Assembly: GCA_031409335.1 (NCBI GenBank)
Contig: JANNWY010000279.1
Coordinates: 1 to 54,345 of the forward strand
DNA from: Chthoniobacteraceae bacterium
GTDB taxonomy: Bacteria > Verrucomicrobiota > Verrucomicrobiia > Chthoniobacterales > Chthoniobacteraceae
Reading direction: 5' to 3'
Length of the DNA stretch: 54,345 nucleotides
Made by a program: the position numbers and the translations under genes. The first letter of the stretch is position 1; each line of letters begins with the position of its first letter. Below, in pieces: positions 8,620 through 21,960 of the stretch. The notes under the pieces were generated by a model. That model was not told where the DNA came from, made no database searches, and saw nothing but the letters and a program-made list of their open reading frames with translations.

Positions 8620-11600
8620 TCAAAAGCTGAGTCTGCAACGGACGACCACCGTGCGGTCGCGCGCCAGCTCCTCGTAGGGGTTCAGCGGCAGCAGCCGGTA
8701 ATCCTGGCCGGTGAGATTGAGCAGGCCGCAACTGATCTCTCCCCGATTTCGGTGAAATCGCCAGCCTGCGACCACATTAAAATGCCAGAAATCTTCGCTT
8801 GGGAGCCCATCGCTGCGTGTCTTCGCTCTGGCGGTGACAAACCCATTGGCGTCTCGATCGGAGAAGACCGGCTCGGTCGTGTGCGCGTCGTTGCTTTGGT
8901 TGAACCAATTGGCTTCGGCGCGCGCGAAAAAACCACTGGGGTGATTGTAAAGCGCGAACAAGTTTAAGTGGTGCAGGCCCGAGTCCATTTTGAGATCCGA
9001 ATTGCCTACGAGTCCCCGCAGAAAATTGGGGTTGGTCCGCCGTCGCGTCGCCGCGTCAAAGCCCTCGAACTCCTGCACAAACACGGAGTGGGTGTAACGA
9101 TAGTTTCCTCCTACGGACCAACAGTCTCCGAGAAGTTGGTTGATCGTCGCCGTCAACGTTTCTTCGCGATATTCGTCCCGCTCCTCTAGTTGAGAGGGGA
9201 CGATCGCGAAGCGCTCGCGTTGAAAAGCGAGCCGCTCGAAGACCCCGATCGTCCGCTCTAAATCCTGTTCAAGCGCATTGAATTCGAGCCCCAGATAAGT
9301 CCGCGACGGCAGCTTCTGTTCGAGGCTTAAGCCGAAAGTCTTGAACTTGCTCCCGGCGACGGCGCCGATCAGCGACTCCGAAATGAGGCTGCGGTAAGAC
9401 TGCAAGAATCCGGCGACCTGTGTGGGTTCGAGACGGAAGCTCTCGTCGAAGCTGGCCCCGCTTACGCCCTCGGTGTAAGCGCCTCGCACAGCAGCTCCTT
9501 TCCATGGTTCGAGGATAAAGCCCGCTTTCGGTGACACGCGATCGATCGACACCTGTCGTCCGCTCACGGGCGCGCTGCGAAAATTCTCCGGGTAATGCAA
9601 GTTGTCGTAAACGAGCCCTCCGGTGAGCGAGAGTCGCGGCGTGACGTGCCAGATATTGTAGGCATATAAATTCACCCGCTCGAAATTCACCGACTCGTTC
9701 TGATGTGCCGGCGGGACATCGAATAACGCGATGTCGGGATTCATGCCGTTGCCGACATCCGTCAGCAGCGCACTCGGCTCAAATTCTCCACGCTGATAGC
9801 GCCCGCCGAGAATTACCGTATCCGTCTCGAGCGTTAGGATGTGCTGCAACTCAGCGCCATACACTTCAAAGCTCAGACTTTGGTCGAGATCGAAAACATC
9901 CGTGTCCCGCGAAAAGAGAGTCCCGCGGCGCGTCAACGATTGCAGCCGGCGATAGAGCGCCGCATCGCGTGGAATCTCGCGTCCCACTCGGCGAATGAAG
10001 TCATCCTGTCCCAGCCCGGACACTTCACTTTGCAGGATGATTTGTTCGGTATCGTCCGCCGTAACGTGCTGCCGCGCCGCCAGCCGGCCCGCCAACAGGA
10101 GGGTGTGGTTTTGCGGATTCCATTCGCGATGCCATCCGAGCAGCAATAGACCGGGATCCTGTTTTTCGGAAACGTCGGTTGTCAGGGTAGCAATCTCCCG
10201 TTTCACCTCTTTCGGATTGTACCGTTGCGTCACGTCGCCGGATTCGATGTCCGCCGCTTCCGATTGGAAAAAAACCGTGTCCTGTGGGCCGAGTTGGAGC
10301 TTGAAAGTCGCGAAACCGCCCGCGCTGGAGAAGCCGTTGTTCGGCCGCGTGCCGCGTTGATAGACGTAAAAGCCATCAAGCGCGTAGCTGATGTTTCCCA
10401 CGGTGCCGTATTGCGAGGCGGTGAGGCTGAGGCGTCCATCGCTGAAATACTGCGAGTCCGTGGCAAAACCGAGGCCGTCTTGCTCGAAAAGTTTCGAGTA
10501 TTCTTGCTGCGAAACGAACTGCGAGAGCGGGCCGCCGCCGACGGGGGAGAGCAGGTGCGAGAGCAGCAACTCGTTGAAAGTCGCGGCTTCGTAGCGCGTC
10601 AGCACGCCGGTCGCATCGCGCAGCGCCTCGTAACTGTTCGCGAGGAACAGGTGGGCGGGTGCGCTCGCGTAGTTCGCATCCACGGCGCGCACGGCTTCCC
10701 TCACGCTTTGCTCGGTCATGCCGTTGTTTTCGAAGATCGCCGCGAGGTTCGTCCCGCGGATCGCGCGGTCCTGGTCGAGCAGGAATTTCGAGCGCAGGAT
10801 GGTGCGGTTCGGATTCAGGTCGATGGATTTTTCGAGTTCGGTGATGGCCTCGTTGTAGCGGTTCTCCTGCTTGCGCTGGATCGCCGAGTAGAGCCACGGC
10901 GTCGGGTCATTCGGATCGAGTTCCTTCGCGCGCGCAAACTCGATGTTTGCCTTGTCGTTCCCGCCGATTTGGCTGAACGCCTTGCCGAGATAGCTGCGCA
11001 GCACTGAGCGGTTCGGCTCCAGCACTGCCGCGGTTTGCAGGTCGAGCCGCCCCTCTTCATCGCGGCCCTGCCGGATGGAAACCAGTCCGCGTCCCAGCCA
11101 CGCGTTGCCCAGCGCGCCGTCGAGCGCGATGGCCTCGTCGAATGCCTCCCGCGCCGCACCGGTGCGATTTTGCGCGGCGAGCAGGAAGCCGCGCAGCGCG
11201 TGCGCCTGCGCGTTGCGCGGCGCGAGTTCGAGGCCACGCTCTAGCAACTTCATCGCTTCGATCGTGCGCCCAAACGAAAATTGCATCTCTGCCGCGCGTA
11301 CCCAGGCAAATCCAAAATTTGGTGAAAGCTCCGCCGCCTTCAGCGCAGCTTGCAGCGCCGGATCGAGGTCGCCGCGCGATTGCCGGTAATACGATTCCGC
11401 CACCCACTCGCTCGCTGTGCGCGGCTCGCCGCCGGTCCATTCGCGAAACTGAACCGCCGCGATCATCCGCTCGATCGCCAGCCGGCCTGCATCCGTCCGC
11501 GGCACGCTCTCCAAAACCACCAGCGCCTTTTCCACCTGTCCCGAGGAAAGGATGGCCGCCGTCCGAAGCAGCCGGTCGTCTCTCATCGACTGCACCGCCA

Positions 11601-12288
11601 GCGCCTTTGGTAAATCGCCCGCCCGGTATGCATCCAGAGCCGCGCTTTTTCCCGAACCAAGTTCCGCCGGATCGAGCACTCCGGGATAATACAGGCACCA
11701 TTGCATGATGTTTACAGCGTCGATTACCGCTGTCTTGGTCGGCTTGCGGCCTTGCACGGCTTCGCCGATTTCGCCGCTGTTCAGCGTCACGCTGCCAGCG
11801 TCGTTGCTCAACTCTGCCTCGCCCTCCAGAACCGCCAGCAACATCCTTTTGTCCAAGTGGGAGACACGCACAATCAACTCCGTGCCCTTCAGCGCCCCGT
11901 TTGCGTACGCCGAACGAATCCGCAATTCCTGCGGCTTGCCGCGGCGCAGAAAATAAAAGCCACCCCGCTTCACACCAATCGCACCTGCCCGTCCGGCGGC
12001 CACGGCGCGCGAAATCTCGATCGTCGTCAGTTCATCCAGCCGCATCGTCGTGAAGTCGTTGAAGCGCATCACCGCGCGGCTGTATTCGCCCGTACGCAGC
12101 CCGTCATTCGCGCCGAGTTCCCGCCCCACCGTTGCCGGCTTCCACGCCGACCCGCGCGTCTGCGTCTCAACGATTTTTTCCACCTCGACTAGGACCGCCG
12201 GTGGCGGCGCACCCGGCGTTTGCCCGATCGAACGAAAGGCCGACATGATCAAGACGAACCCGAAGAGAATGCGACGCACAGCTTCCAT
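8620..12288 (-). CDS. FecR-domain / TPR / TonB-dependent-receptor-like outer membrane protein
   Basis: N-terminal FecR-like region (LRTGEYSRA..F.D.T..RL), multiple TPRs (LDPNDPTPWLY), beta-barrel C-terminus ending in RLSF. Confidence 0.88.
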   Translation of the reverse strand: MEAVRRILFGFVLIMSAFRSIGQTPGAPPPAVLVEVEKIVETQTRGSAWKPATVGRELGANDGLRTGEYSRAVMRFNDFTTMRLDELTTIEISRAVAAGRAGAIGVKRGGFYFLRRGKPQELRIRSAYANGALKGTELIVRVSHLDKRMLLAVLEGEAELSNDAGSVTLNSGEIGEAVQGRKPTKTAVIDAVNIMQWCLYYPGVLDPAELGSGKSAALDAYRAGDLPKALAVQSMRDDRLLRTAAILSSGQVEKALVVLESVPRTDAGRLAIERMIAAVQFREWTGGEPRTASEWVAESYYRQSRGDLDPALQAALKAAELSPNFGFAWVRAAEMQFSFGRTIEAMKLLERGLELAPRNAQAHALRGFLLAAQNRTGAAREAFDEAIALDGALGNAWLGRGLVSIRQGRDEEGRLDLQTAAVLEPNRSVLRSYLGKAFSQIGGNDKANIEFARAKELDPNDPTPWLYSAIQRKQENRYNEAITELEKSIDLNPNRTILRSKFLLDQDRAIRGTNLAAIFENNGMTEQSVREAVRAVDANYASAPAHLFLANSYEALRDATGVLTRYEAATFNELLLSHLLSPVGGGPLSQFVSQQEYSKLFEQDGLGFATDSQYFSDGRLSLTASQYGTVGNISYALDGFYVYQRGTRPNNGFSSAGGFATFKLQLGPQDTVFFQSEAADIESGDVTQRYNPKEVKREIATLTTDVSEKQDPGLLLLGWHREWNPQNHTLLLAGRLAARQHVTADDTEQIILQSEVSGLGQDDFIRRVGREIPRDAALYRRLQSLTRRGTLFSRDTDVFDLDQSLSFEVYGAELQHILTLETDTVILGGRYQRGEFEPSALLTDVGNGMNPDIALFDVPPAHQNESVNFERVNLYAYNIWHVTPRLSLTGGLVYDNLHYPENFRSAPVSGRQVSIDRVSPKAGFILEPWKGAAVRGAYTEGVSGASFDESFRLEPTQVAGFLQSYRSLISESLIGAVAGSKFKTFGLSLEQKLPSRTYLGLEFNALEQDLERTIGVFERLAFQRERFAIVPSQLEERDEYREETLTATINQLLGDCWSVGGNYRYTHSVFVQEFEGFDAATRRRTNPNFLRGLVGNSDLKMDSGLHHLNLFALYNHPSGFFARAEANWFNQSNDAHTTEPVFSDRDANGFVTARAKTRSDGLPSEDFWHFNVVAGWRFHRNRGEISCGLLNLTGQDYRLLPLNPYEELARDRTVVVRCRLSF

Positions 12289-12420
12289 AGGGCCGCATTC
12301 CTATCGCGCCCGGTCTTCCCAGACAATCTCAAACCCACGCGCCGTCCGCGCAACGAACGTCGTCCCGGGAAAGTCCACTTGCCATCCTCAGTCCGCTGCG
12401 CTGTTCTCTCCGCCCTGCTT

Positions 12421-13230
12421 ATGTCGAAACTTTTTGATCTTTCAAACGAAGTCGCCGTCGTCATCGGAGCCACTGGCGTCCTCGGCGGCGCGCTGGCGGA
12501 TGGGCTCGGAGCGGCTGGCGCAAAAGTCGCAGTCCTCGGGCGCAATGCCGAACGCGGTGAAGCCCGCGCCAAAGCCATCCGCGACGCCGGCGGTGCCGCG
12601 CAGTTTTTCAGCGCCGACGCGATGGATCGCAATTCCCTCAGCGAAGCCCACGGCGCGATCACCGTCGAGTTTGGCGTCCCCACCATTCTCGTGAACGCCG
12701 CGGGCGGCAACGATCCGCGCGTCACCGTCACCGCCGAGCGCGCCGTGCAGGACATCGCGCTGGAAGACTGGCGCGCAAATTTCGACCTGAATCTCGTCGG
12801 CGGCGCGCTGCTCCCGTGCCAGGAATTCGGCCCCGGCATGTGCGCGCGCGGCCGCGGCTCGATCATCAATATCGCCAGCATCGCATCGCACATCCCGCTC
12901 TCGCGAGTCGTCGCCTACAGCGCGTCGAAAGCGGCCGTCCTCAGCCTCTCACAATTCCTCGCGCGCGAATGGGCGATGAAAGGCGTGCGCGTGAATACGC
13001 TGACGCCCGGTTTTTTTCCCGCGGAGCAAAATCGCAAACTGCTTTTCAACGACGACGGCACGCCAACCGCGCGCACCCAGGCAATCTGGGGCCACACGCC
13101 GATGCAGCGTTTTGGAAAAAGTGAGGAACTCATCGGCGCGTGCATCTTCCTCGCCAGCCACGCTGCTTCGAGCTTTGTCACCGGCACGGATATCCGCGTG
13201 GACGGTGGGTATCTCAGTCAGACGATTTAG
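12421..13230 (+). CDS. SDR oxidoreductase (D-mannonate/gluconate dehydrogenase-like)
   Basis: GATGVLG, NAAGGN, YSASK, PGFFPAEQN, VDGGY. Confidence 0.92.
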   Translation: MSKLFDLSNEVAVVIGATGVLGGALADGLGAAGAKVAVLGRNAERGEARAKAIRDAGGAAQFFSADAMDRNSLSEAHGAITVEFGVPTILVNAAGGNDPRVTVTAERAVQDIALEDWRANFDLNLVGGALLPCQEFGPGMCARGRGSIINIASIASHIPLSRVVAYSASKAAVLSLSQFLAREWAMKGVRVNTLTPGFFPAEQNRKLLFNDDGTPTARTQAIWGHTPMQRFGKSEELIGACIFLASHAASSFVTGTDIRVDGGYLSQTI

Positions 13231-13241
13231 CTCCCAAATTT

Positions 13242-16200
13242 CTAAATCCCAGCCCGGTTCGGATAGGTCGGCTTTGCCGGGCGCGGGGGATTTGTTTCGA
13301 GGGCTTTTTTCATCTCTTCGATGGCTCGTTCGAGCTGTGGGTCGCGGCCTTTGGCCATTTCGGCGGGGTCGTCGAGCACCTGGATGTCGGGCTCGACGCC
13401 GTGGCCTTCGATGACCCATTTACCGTCGGTGTCGTAGATGCTGAAGGTGGGGACGGTGACGCTGCCGCCGTCGATGAGCGAGGGTGCGCCAGTCATGCCG
13501 ATGAGGCCGCCCCAGGTGCGCGTGCCGATGATCGGGCCGAGGCCGGCTTTTTTGAAAAGCCACGGGAAGCAATCGCCGCCGGAGCCGCTCCAGCCGTTCG
13601 CGAGGATCGCCTTCGGGCCGCGGTGGGCGATGGTCGGCGTTTGCCATTCGCTGCCATCGCGCACGGCCCAGTAGTTGGTCACTTTTCGCCCGAGCAGTTC
13701 GACGAAGCGGTCGGGGATTTGGCCGCCGGCGTTCCAGCGTTCGTCGATGATGATCGCTGGTTTGGAATACTGCGCGCGGAACTGCCGGTAGAGTTCGTTC
13801 TGGCCGTCCTGGCCGGTGTCGCGGACGTAGATGTAGCCGATCTTTCCGCCGCTGGCGGCATCGACGTTGCGGCGGTTTTTTTCCATCCACGCGTATTGGC
13901 GCAGCCAGTTTTCGCTGGACATGGTTTGGACGAGGATTTCGCGCGCGCCTTCCATGTTTGGCTTGTCGTTGATGGTGAGTGAGACGGGTTTGTCGGCGAG
14001 GCCCTGGAATGCGGCCCACGGGTCGCGCGCGATGTCGATCGGGCGGCCATTCACGGCGAGGAGCCAGTCGCCTTCCTTCACTTTCAAACCGGGCTGCCGC
14101 AGCGGCGGACGCAGCGTGTATTCCCACGGCGCGACTTCGAGGATGCGCTTGATGCGATACGCGCCCTGGTCGAGCGCGAAGTCGCAGCCGAGGTAGCCGA
14201 CATTCCGCGCGGGCGCGCCGTCGAGGTCGCCGCCGCTGCGGTAGGCGTGGGAGACGTTGAGTTCGGCGATGAGTTCGCCGATGACGTAGTTCACGTCGTG
14301 GCGCGTGCCGCAATTTTCGAGCAACGCGCCGTAGCGTTCGCGCATCTGCTGCCACGGGACGAGGTGGAGATGCGGGTCGTAGAAAAAGTCGCGTTCGATC
14401 CGCCAGGCGTCGTTGAAAAGCTGCCGCCATTCCTGCGTGGGATCGACGGTCATTTCGAGCGGCGCGCCGGGCAGGTTTTTGCCGATTTTCTGGCCCTCGG
14501 CGGGATTGATGATGCCCCACTGTCCGCCGCGCGAGACGAGCAGCTTTTTGCCATCGCCGGAAAGCTCGATGCCGCCGATGTCGTCCATGATTTGTTTCTC
14601 CTCGCGCTTTTCAAAATCGTAGTGGAGCAGCGGCGATGGTCCGCTGGTGCCGCGTTGCGGTGAGCGTGAAAAGATCAGCTTGCCGGGGACGGCGACGAGG
14701 TTTCCAAAACGCGGGCCGCCCGGCGGGAGTGAAACGGCGCGGGCCTCGAAGCCTTCGAGATCGATGTTGATCGGCTTCGGCTTTTTCTCGTCGGGCTTCT
14801 TGTCGGCGTCGGGCGGTTTTACATCCGGGGCTTTCAGCGCGACGACGGGCTTCTGCTCTTTCACGGCGACCTCGGCGGCTTTGTCGTCGGCGGGCTTCTG
14901 CTCAGTCGCCTTTTTCTCGTCGGGCTTCTTCTCGTCGGCAGGTTTTTCCTCGGGCTTTTTTTCGTCCTTCTTTTCCGCGGCGGGCGCGGGTTCCTCGTCG
15001 TTGCGCGGGGCGAGCGGCGAGGGGATGTCATTGCGCAGCGGGACGGCGATGAGCGCGTGGCCGCCGACATAGACCCACGTGGGCTCGTGCTCGCTGTAGA
15101 GCGGGTCGAACCAGCGTTTGGTGCGGTAGTAGAGATACTTTCCCTCGGGATCGAAGACGGGCATGTCGTCGTCGAAAAAGCCGTTGGTGACCTGGTTCAG
15201 CTTGCGCTCACGAGTGTCGTAGAGCGCGATGCATGAATGCTGATTTTCGAGATCGTGCGCGAAGGCAATCCAGCGGCTGTCGGCGCTCCAGTTGATGTGA
15301 AAGCTGTTGAGGTCGCCCTGATACAGCCACTTCTGGCGGTCGATGATCGCGTCGGATTTTTTCTCGATGTCGGTGAGATGCACGGCCATCGAGGAGTCGA
15401 TGAAGGCGACCTTTTTCGAGTCGGGCGACCAGTAGATTTGGTAGCGGTAGCCGGCACCGAGTTGGGTGATCGTTTGCTCGGCGCCCTTGCCATCGGCGGG
15501 GCGGAGCGTGAGTTCGTATTCGCCGGTGCGATCGGAGAAATACGCGATCCACTTTCCATCTGGCGACCACGCGGGATAACGCTCGGCGACGCCGCTCGAT
15601 TCGGTGAGATCGCGGATCACGCCATTCTCGGCCGGCACGCTGAAAATCTCGCCGCGCGCCTCGAAGAGCACGCGCTTGCCGGTCGGGGAGATCGTCGCGT
15701 TTTGAATCGAGCCGCCGACATTCTCGATCCGCGGCCGCAGCGTGGCGCGATCGGTGACGACGTTGATTTCGACATCGCGGATTTGTTCGTTCGCGAGGTC
15801 GAGCAGGTGCAGTTTCCCCGCGTTTTCAAACACGATCGAGTCCGGCCCGATGTTTGGGAAACGCACGTCGAAATCGGTGTAATGAGTGACTTCTCGCATC
15901 TGCTTTTTCGCGGTGTCGTAAGCCCAGAGATTCGCGCGTTTCTTCGAGTTGCGGTCGGAGAGAAAATAAAGCGTCGCGCCGTGCCACATGGGTTGCGAGT
16001 CGTTGGCGTCGTTGCTCGTCACATTCTCGGCGGTGCCTTTTTCCAGATCGAACAGCCACACGTCCGCCGCCATGCCGCCGCGGTAGCGTTTCCAAGTCGC
16101 GAAATCGGTGGAGATCGGCGTGTAGGCGAGCTGCTTTCCATCGGGCGAAATCGCGCCGAATTCGCCGTACGGAATCGGCAACTGCTCCGGCAGACCGCCC

Positions 16201-16667
16201 TGCGCGGACACTTTGAAAAACTGCCCGGTGCGCTGGGTGAAGCTGAACATTTCGGACTGAAAGAGCAGCGACTTCCCATCGGGATACCAGCCGAGCAGGC
16301 GATCGGCCGCGCCGTGATGCGTGATCCGCCGCGGCTCGCCGCCAGCCACCGGCATCACATACACATCGACGTTGCCCTCGTAATTTCCGCTGAACGCAAT
16401 CGCGGAGCCGTCCGGCGAAAATTTCGGGAACTGCTCCGTCCCCCGCGAGGACGTGAGCCGCGTGCCGAGGCCCCCGCCTTTCGGCGCGAGCCAAAGATCG
16501 CCGCCATAGACGAATGCAATGTGCTCCTTCGAGACGGCGGGCATTTGCATGATGCGCGCATTGAGCCGGGCGGGCGGTGCATCCGCGGCAATGGCGGCTG
16601 ACGCGGCGAGGAAAAGGATACCGAGAAGTGGATGGAATCGGGGATGCATGGGAAGAGGAAGGGGCAA
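13242..16667 (-). CDS. Tricorn-like S41 family protease
   Basis: PD40 propeller repeats, WKRYRGG, C1 domain ELNVSH, PDZ, IIDERWNAGG, SGSGGD, GTRTWGG, EGHGVEPD, DPQLERAI. Confidence 0.95.
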   Translation of the reverse strand: MPLPLPMHPRFHPLLGILFLAASAAIAADAPPARLNARIMQMPAVSKEHIAFVYGGDLWLAPKGGGLGTRLTSSRGTEQFPKFSPDGSAIAFSGNYEGNVDVYVMPVAGGEPRRITHHGAADRLLGWYPDGKSLLFQSEMFSFTQRTGQFFKVSAQGGLPEQLPIPYGEFGAISPDGKQLAYTPISTDFATWKRYRGGMAADVWLFDLEKGTAENVTSNDANDSQPMWHGATLYFLSDRNSKKRANLWAYDTAKKQMREVTHYTDFDVRFPNIGPDSIVFENAGKLHLLDLANEQIRDVEINVVTDRATLRPRIENVGGSIQNATISPTGKRVLFEARGEIFSVPAENGVIRDLTESSGVAERYPAWSPDGKWIAYFSDRTGEYELTLRPADGKGAEQTITQLGAGYRYQIYWSPDSKKVAFIDSSMAVHLTDIEKKSDAIIDRQKWLYQGDLNSFHINWSADSRWIAFAHDLENQHSCIALYDTRERKLNQVTNGFFDDDMPVFDPEGKYLYYRTKRWFDPLYSEHEPTWVYVGGHALIAVPLRNDIPSPLAPRNDEEPAPAAEKKDEKKPEEKPADEKKPDEKKATEQKPADDKAAEVAVKEQKPVVALKAPDVKPPDADKKPDEKKPKPINIDLEGFEARAVSLPPGGPRFGNLVAVPGKLIFSRSPQRGTSGPSPLLHYDFEKREEKQIMDDIGGIELSGDGKKLLVSRGGQWGIINPAEGQKIGKNLPGAPLEMTVDPTQEWRQLFNDAWRIERDFFYDPHLHLVPWQQMRERYGALLENCGTRHDVNYVIGELIAELNVSHAYRSGGDLDGAPARNVGYLGCDFALDQGAYRIKRILEVAPWEYTLRPPLRQPGLKVKEGDWLLAVNGRPIDIARDPWAAFQGLADKPVSLTINDKPNMEGAREILVQTMSSENWLRQYAWMEKNRRNVDAASGGKIGYIYVRDTGQDGQNELYRQFRAQYSKPAIIIDERWNAGGQIPDRFVELLGRKVTNYWAVRDGSEWQTPTIAHRGPKAILANGWSGSGGDCFPWLFKKAGLGPIIGTRTWGGLIGMTGAPSLIDGGSVTVPTFSIYDTDGKWVIEGHGVEPDIQVLDDPAEMAKGRDPQLERAIEEMKKALETNPPRPAKPTYPNRAGI

Positions 16668-16768
16668 GGGAATCTGCCCGAGGATAAACGCTTTTGCGTG
16701 AAGTCTCGTGCGGACGGGACGGAAATTGCTATCTGGTTTTGAACTCTATCTCCGATATAAACCTCCAA

Positions 16769-17374
16769 ATGGTCATTCGCCAAATCCGCATTCAATTCGT
16801 TTTCCGCTGCCTTGCAGCGATGGCGCTGCTGCCCGTGCTGGCGGGTTGCGACCGCCATGCTGCCGAGCTGGCCACGCTGAAGTCGGAGAACGAGCGGCTC
16901 AAAACGGAACTCGCGAAACTCCGCCAGGGTTCGGATGGCGCGAAAGAGCCGGGCGCGGCAGCGGGGAAACCGGACTTGACCCTGACTTTGATTGAATTGT
17001 GGACCCAGCGCTTTGAGGAAAATGAGTTCCGGGCGCAGCAGCGGCTCGCGGGCAAACTGATGCGTGTGACGGGGACCCTCGACGAAGTTGCGAGTGATCG
17101 CCTTTCCCTCCATGAGCCCGGCCAGGCGCGAAACGTGAGAATGACGATCAATCTTGAAAAGCAATATGCAGCGCGGGTCCAGCAAGGACTGGGGGCGCTG
17201 GAAAAGGGCGCGATGCTGACGGTGCAGGGAAAATTTTCATACGATCGGATGGAGTTGAGTGATGCGACGATCGTGGACAAGACATCCGGCGCGCCGATGA
17301 CCACGCAGCAGTTGCAGGCGTTTGTGCAGCTCGGGTCAGGCGCGCCGCCGCCGCCTCCGCCGAAGGGGCAATGA
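16769..17374 (+). CDS. Hypothetical lipoprotein with coiled coil and tRNA_anti-like OB-fold
   Basis: Lipobox LAGC; coiled coil; F.ENE..A....GK...VTG.L..V and L.KG...TV.G patterns. Confidence 0.7.
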   Translation: MVIRQIRIQFVFRCLAAMALLPVLAGCDRHAAELATLKSENERLKTELAKLRQGSDGAKEPGAAAGKPDLTLTLIELWTQRFEENEFRAQQRLAGKLMRVTGTLDEVASDRLSLHEPGQARNVRMTINLEKQYAARVQQGLGALEKGAMLTVQGKFSYDRMELSDATIVDKTSGAPMTTQQLQAFVQLGSGAPPPPPPKGQ

Positions 17375-17533
17375 GCGCGGTGCGCGGCAGGGAAATGGTG
17401 CAGCCGAAACGATCGTCGGGATGCAAGTCCCCGGTGGACGACGAAAGCAATCTGAACTAACGACTTTGTAATAGTGCAGGTTCTCGGTATCCGCCAAACC
17501 GGGACTCGCCGCTGACTTTCCACGTCTCCATCC

Positions 17534-17908
17534 ATGACTGCCGCACCGACTCCTGAAATCAAATACCGCATCGGCAACGAGAAACTCGTGAAGATCAGCG
17601 AAGGCGCGGGCGCGAAACTCACTTCCCTGCTGACGCGCCAGGGTCGGCCGCAGGGCGCGCTGCGGGTGGCGGTGATTGGCGGCGGCTGCTCGGGGCTTCA
17701 GTATAAAATGGACCTCGTCGATGGCCCCGCGAACCGCGACATCATGGTGCAATCCGCCGGCGTCCGCGTCGTCATCGATCCAAAGAGCGCGCTTTTCGTC
17801 AGTGGCTCCGTGTTGGAATACAGCGATGACCTGCAAAAGGGCGGCTTCAAAGTCACCAATCCAAACGCAGTCGCGCATTGCTCGTGCGGGGAGAGTTTTT
17901 CGGCTTAG
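17534..17908 (+). CDS. iscA: HesB/IscA-family Fe-S cluster assembly protein
   Basis: GGGCSG and NPNAVAHCSCGESF. Confidence 0.93.
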   Translation: MTAAPTPEIKYRIGNEKLVKISEGAGAKLTSLLTRQGRPQGALRVAVIGGGCSGLQYKMDLVDGPANRDIMVQSAGVRVVIDPKSALFVSGSVLEYSDDLQKGGFKVTNPNAVAHCSCGESFSA

Positions 17909-17980
17909 AGGATTGAAGCGCCATTTCCGCGTGTTGTTTCCCGCCCTTGTCCTCGCAAAGCGGATAGCTACGGTTCGCGG

Positions 17981-20728
<2,748 letters not shown>

Positions 20729-20736
20729 AGCTCTAA

Positions 20737-21954
20737 CTATTCCGCAGCGGCCTCACCGATGCGCCACAGCGCGCTGTCTGTTCGGATGAAAATCCGGGAG
20801 CCGCTGAGCGCGGGCGTGCCGAGGATGAGTTCCTTCGCTTCGGTCTTCAGTGGGAGCTGGAGGTCGCCAGCGAGGACGCCGTCGCCTTTTGAAAAATCGA
20901 CGACTTGAAGCAGACCCGGTTCATTCACCAGGACGAGCCGCTGGCCCGCGCCGACCGGCGATGCGCTGAATGGACCGGTGAGGCGCAATTTCCATTTGCT
21001 GTCGCCGGTCTTCGCGTCCGCGGTGGCGATGACGCCGGCGCTGTTCACGCTGAACAGCAGGCCGTCGAGGATGAGCGGGCTGATGGTGCTCGGATTGATT
21101 CCCTTCGCGCGCCAGAGCTGCGCCGGGGCCGCGCCGTCGCTGGTTGGGCTGAGCGCGGTGATGCCGTTTGATACGGCGAAGAGCGTGCCGCCGGAGACGA
21201 CCCCGGAGCTGATGGTGGAAGCGCCGCCGGTGTATTCCCAAAGGCGGCTGCCGCTCGCGGGATCGATCGCGAGGATGCCAGCGTTCGATTGCAGGAGCGC
21301 GGCCGGGCGCGATTTTGCGTCGGGGTGAAAAGGCAGCGGGCTCGTCCAGTTCGCGGTTTTCGGGCGGTCGAGTTTCCACAGGTTGCGTCCGGTCTTCGCA
21401 TCGATGCCGAGCGCGTAACTTTCGCTGTCGTTCTCGATCATGACGACGACGGTTTCGCCGACGACGATCGGCGATGAGGCCATGCCGAGGCTATTGCTGG
21501 CGTTTGGATAATCGGCGGTGAGGCCGCGCAGCCAGAGCAGATTGCCATCGAGATCGAAGGCGGCGAGATCGTTGCAACTCCACAGCGCAAAGACGCGGCG
21601 GCCATCGCTGCACGGCGTGCAGGCGGCGACGGATGATTTGGCGAAAGTCATCGTGCGGCCCGTGGCCTGGAGCTGGCGCTCCCAAATGCGCGCGCCGGTT
21701 TCGGCGTCAAAACAAAGCACGTGAAGACGCTGCTGCTTCGGCCCGCTGGCGGCGGTGATGAAAAGTTTTCCGCCAATGAGGATCGGGCTGGCGAGGCCGC
21801 GTCCCGGCAGCGGCGCGGTCCATTCGATTTTGGTTTTCGCGGGGATCGCGGCGTCAGCGGCGACGCCGGTGCTGCCGGGTCCGCGGAATTGCGGCCAGTC
21901 GCTCGCGTGGCAGGAAAGTGCGAGTGCGCAGAGCGCGGGAAGGGCGAGTTTCAT
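20737..21954 (-). CDS. Secreted PQQ-binding-like beta-propeller protein
   Basis: Signal peptide, DWPQFRGP, ASSP repeats. Confidence 0.9.
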   Translation of the reverse strand: MKLALPALCALALSCHASDWPQFRGPGSTGVAADAAIPAKTKIEWTAPLPGRGLASPILIGGKLFITAASGPKQQRLHVLCFDAETGARIWERQLQATGRTMTFAKSSVAACTPCSDGRRVFALWSCNDLAAFDLDGNLLWLRGLTADYPNASNSLGMASSPIVVGETVVVMIENDSESYALGIDAKTGRNLWKLDRPKTANWTSPLPFHPDAKSRPAALLQSNAGILAIDPASGSRLWEYTGGASTISSGVVSGGTLFAVSNGITALSPTSDGAAPAQLWRAKGINPSTISPLILDGLLFSVNSAGVIATADAKTGDSKWKLRLTGPFSASPVGAGQRLVLVNEPGLLQVVDFSKGDGVLAGDLQLPLKTEAKELILGTPALSGSRIFIRTDSALWRIGEAAAE

Positions 21955-21960
21955 CGGGGA

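Noticed and set aside
14770..15000. KKPDE/KPADE repeats in the tricorn protease
   Set aside because: An ordinary low-complexity linker at a position that is variable in tricorn-like proteins.
17385..17410. Cobalamin riboswitch suggested by AGGGAA..GGTG upstream of iscA-metH
   Set aside because: The downstream conserved elements (CCC..ACTGT, B12 box) are missing.
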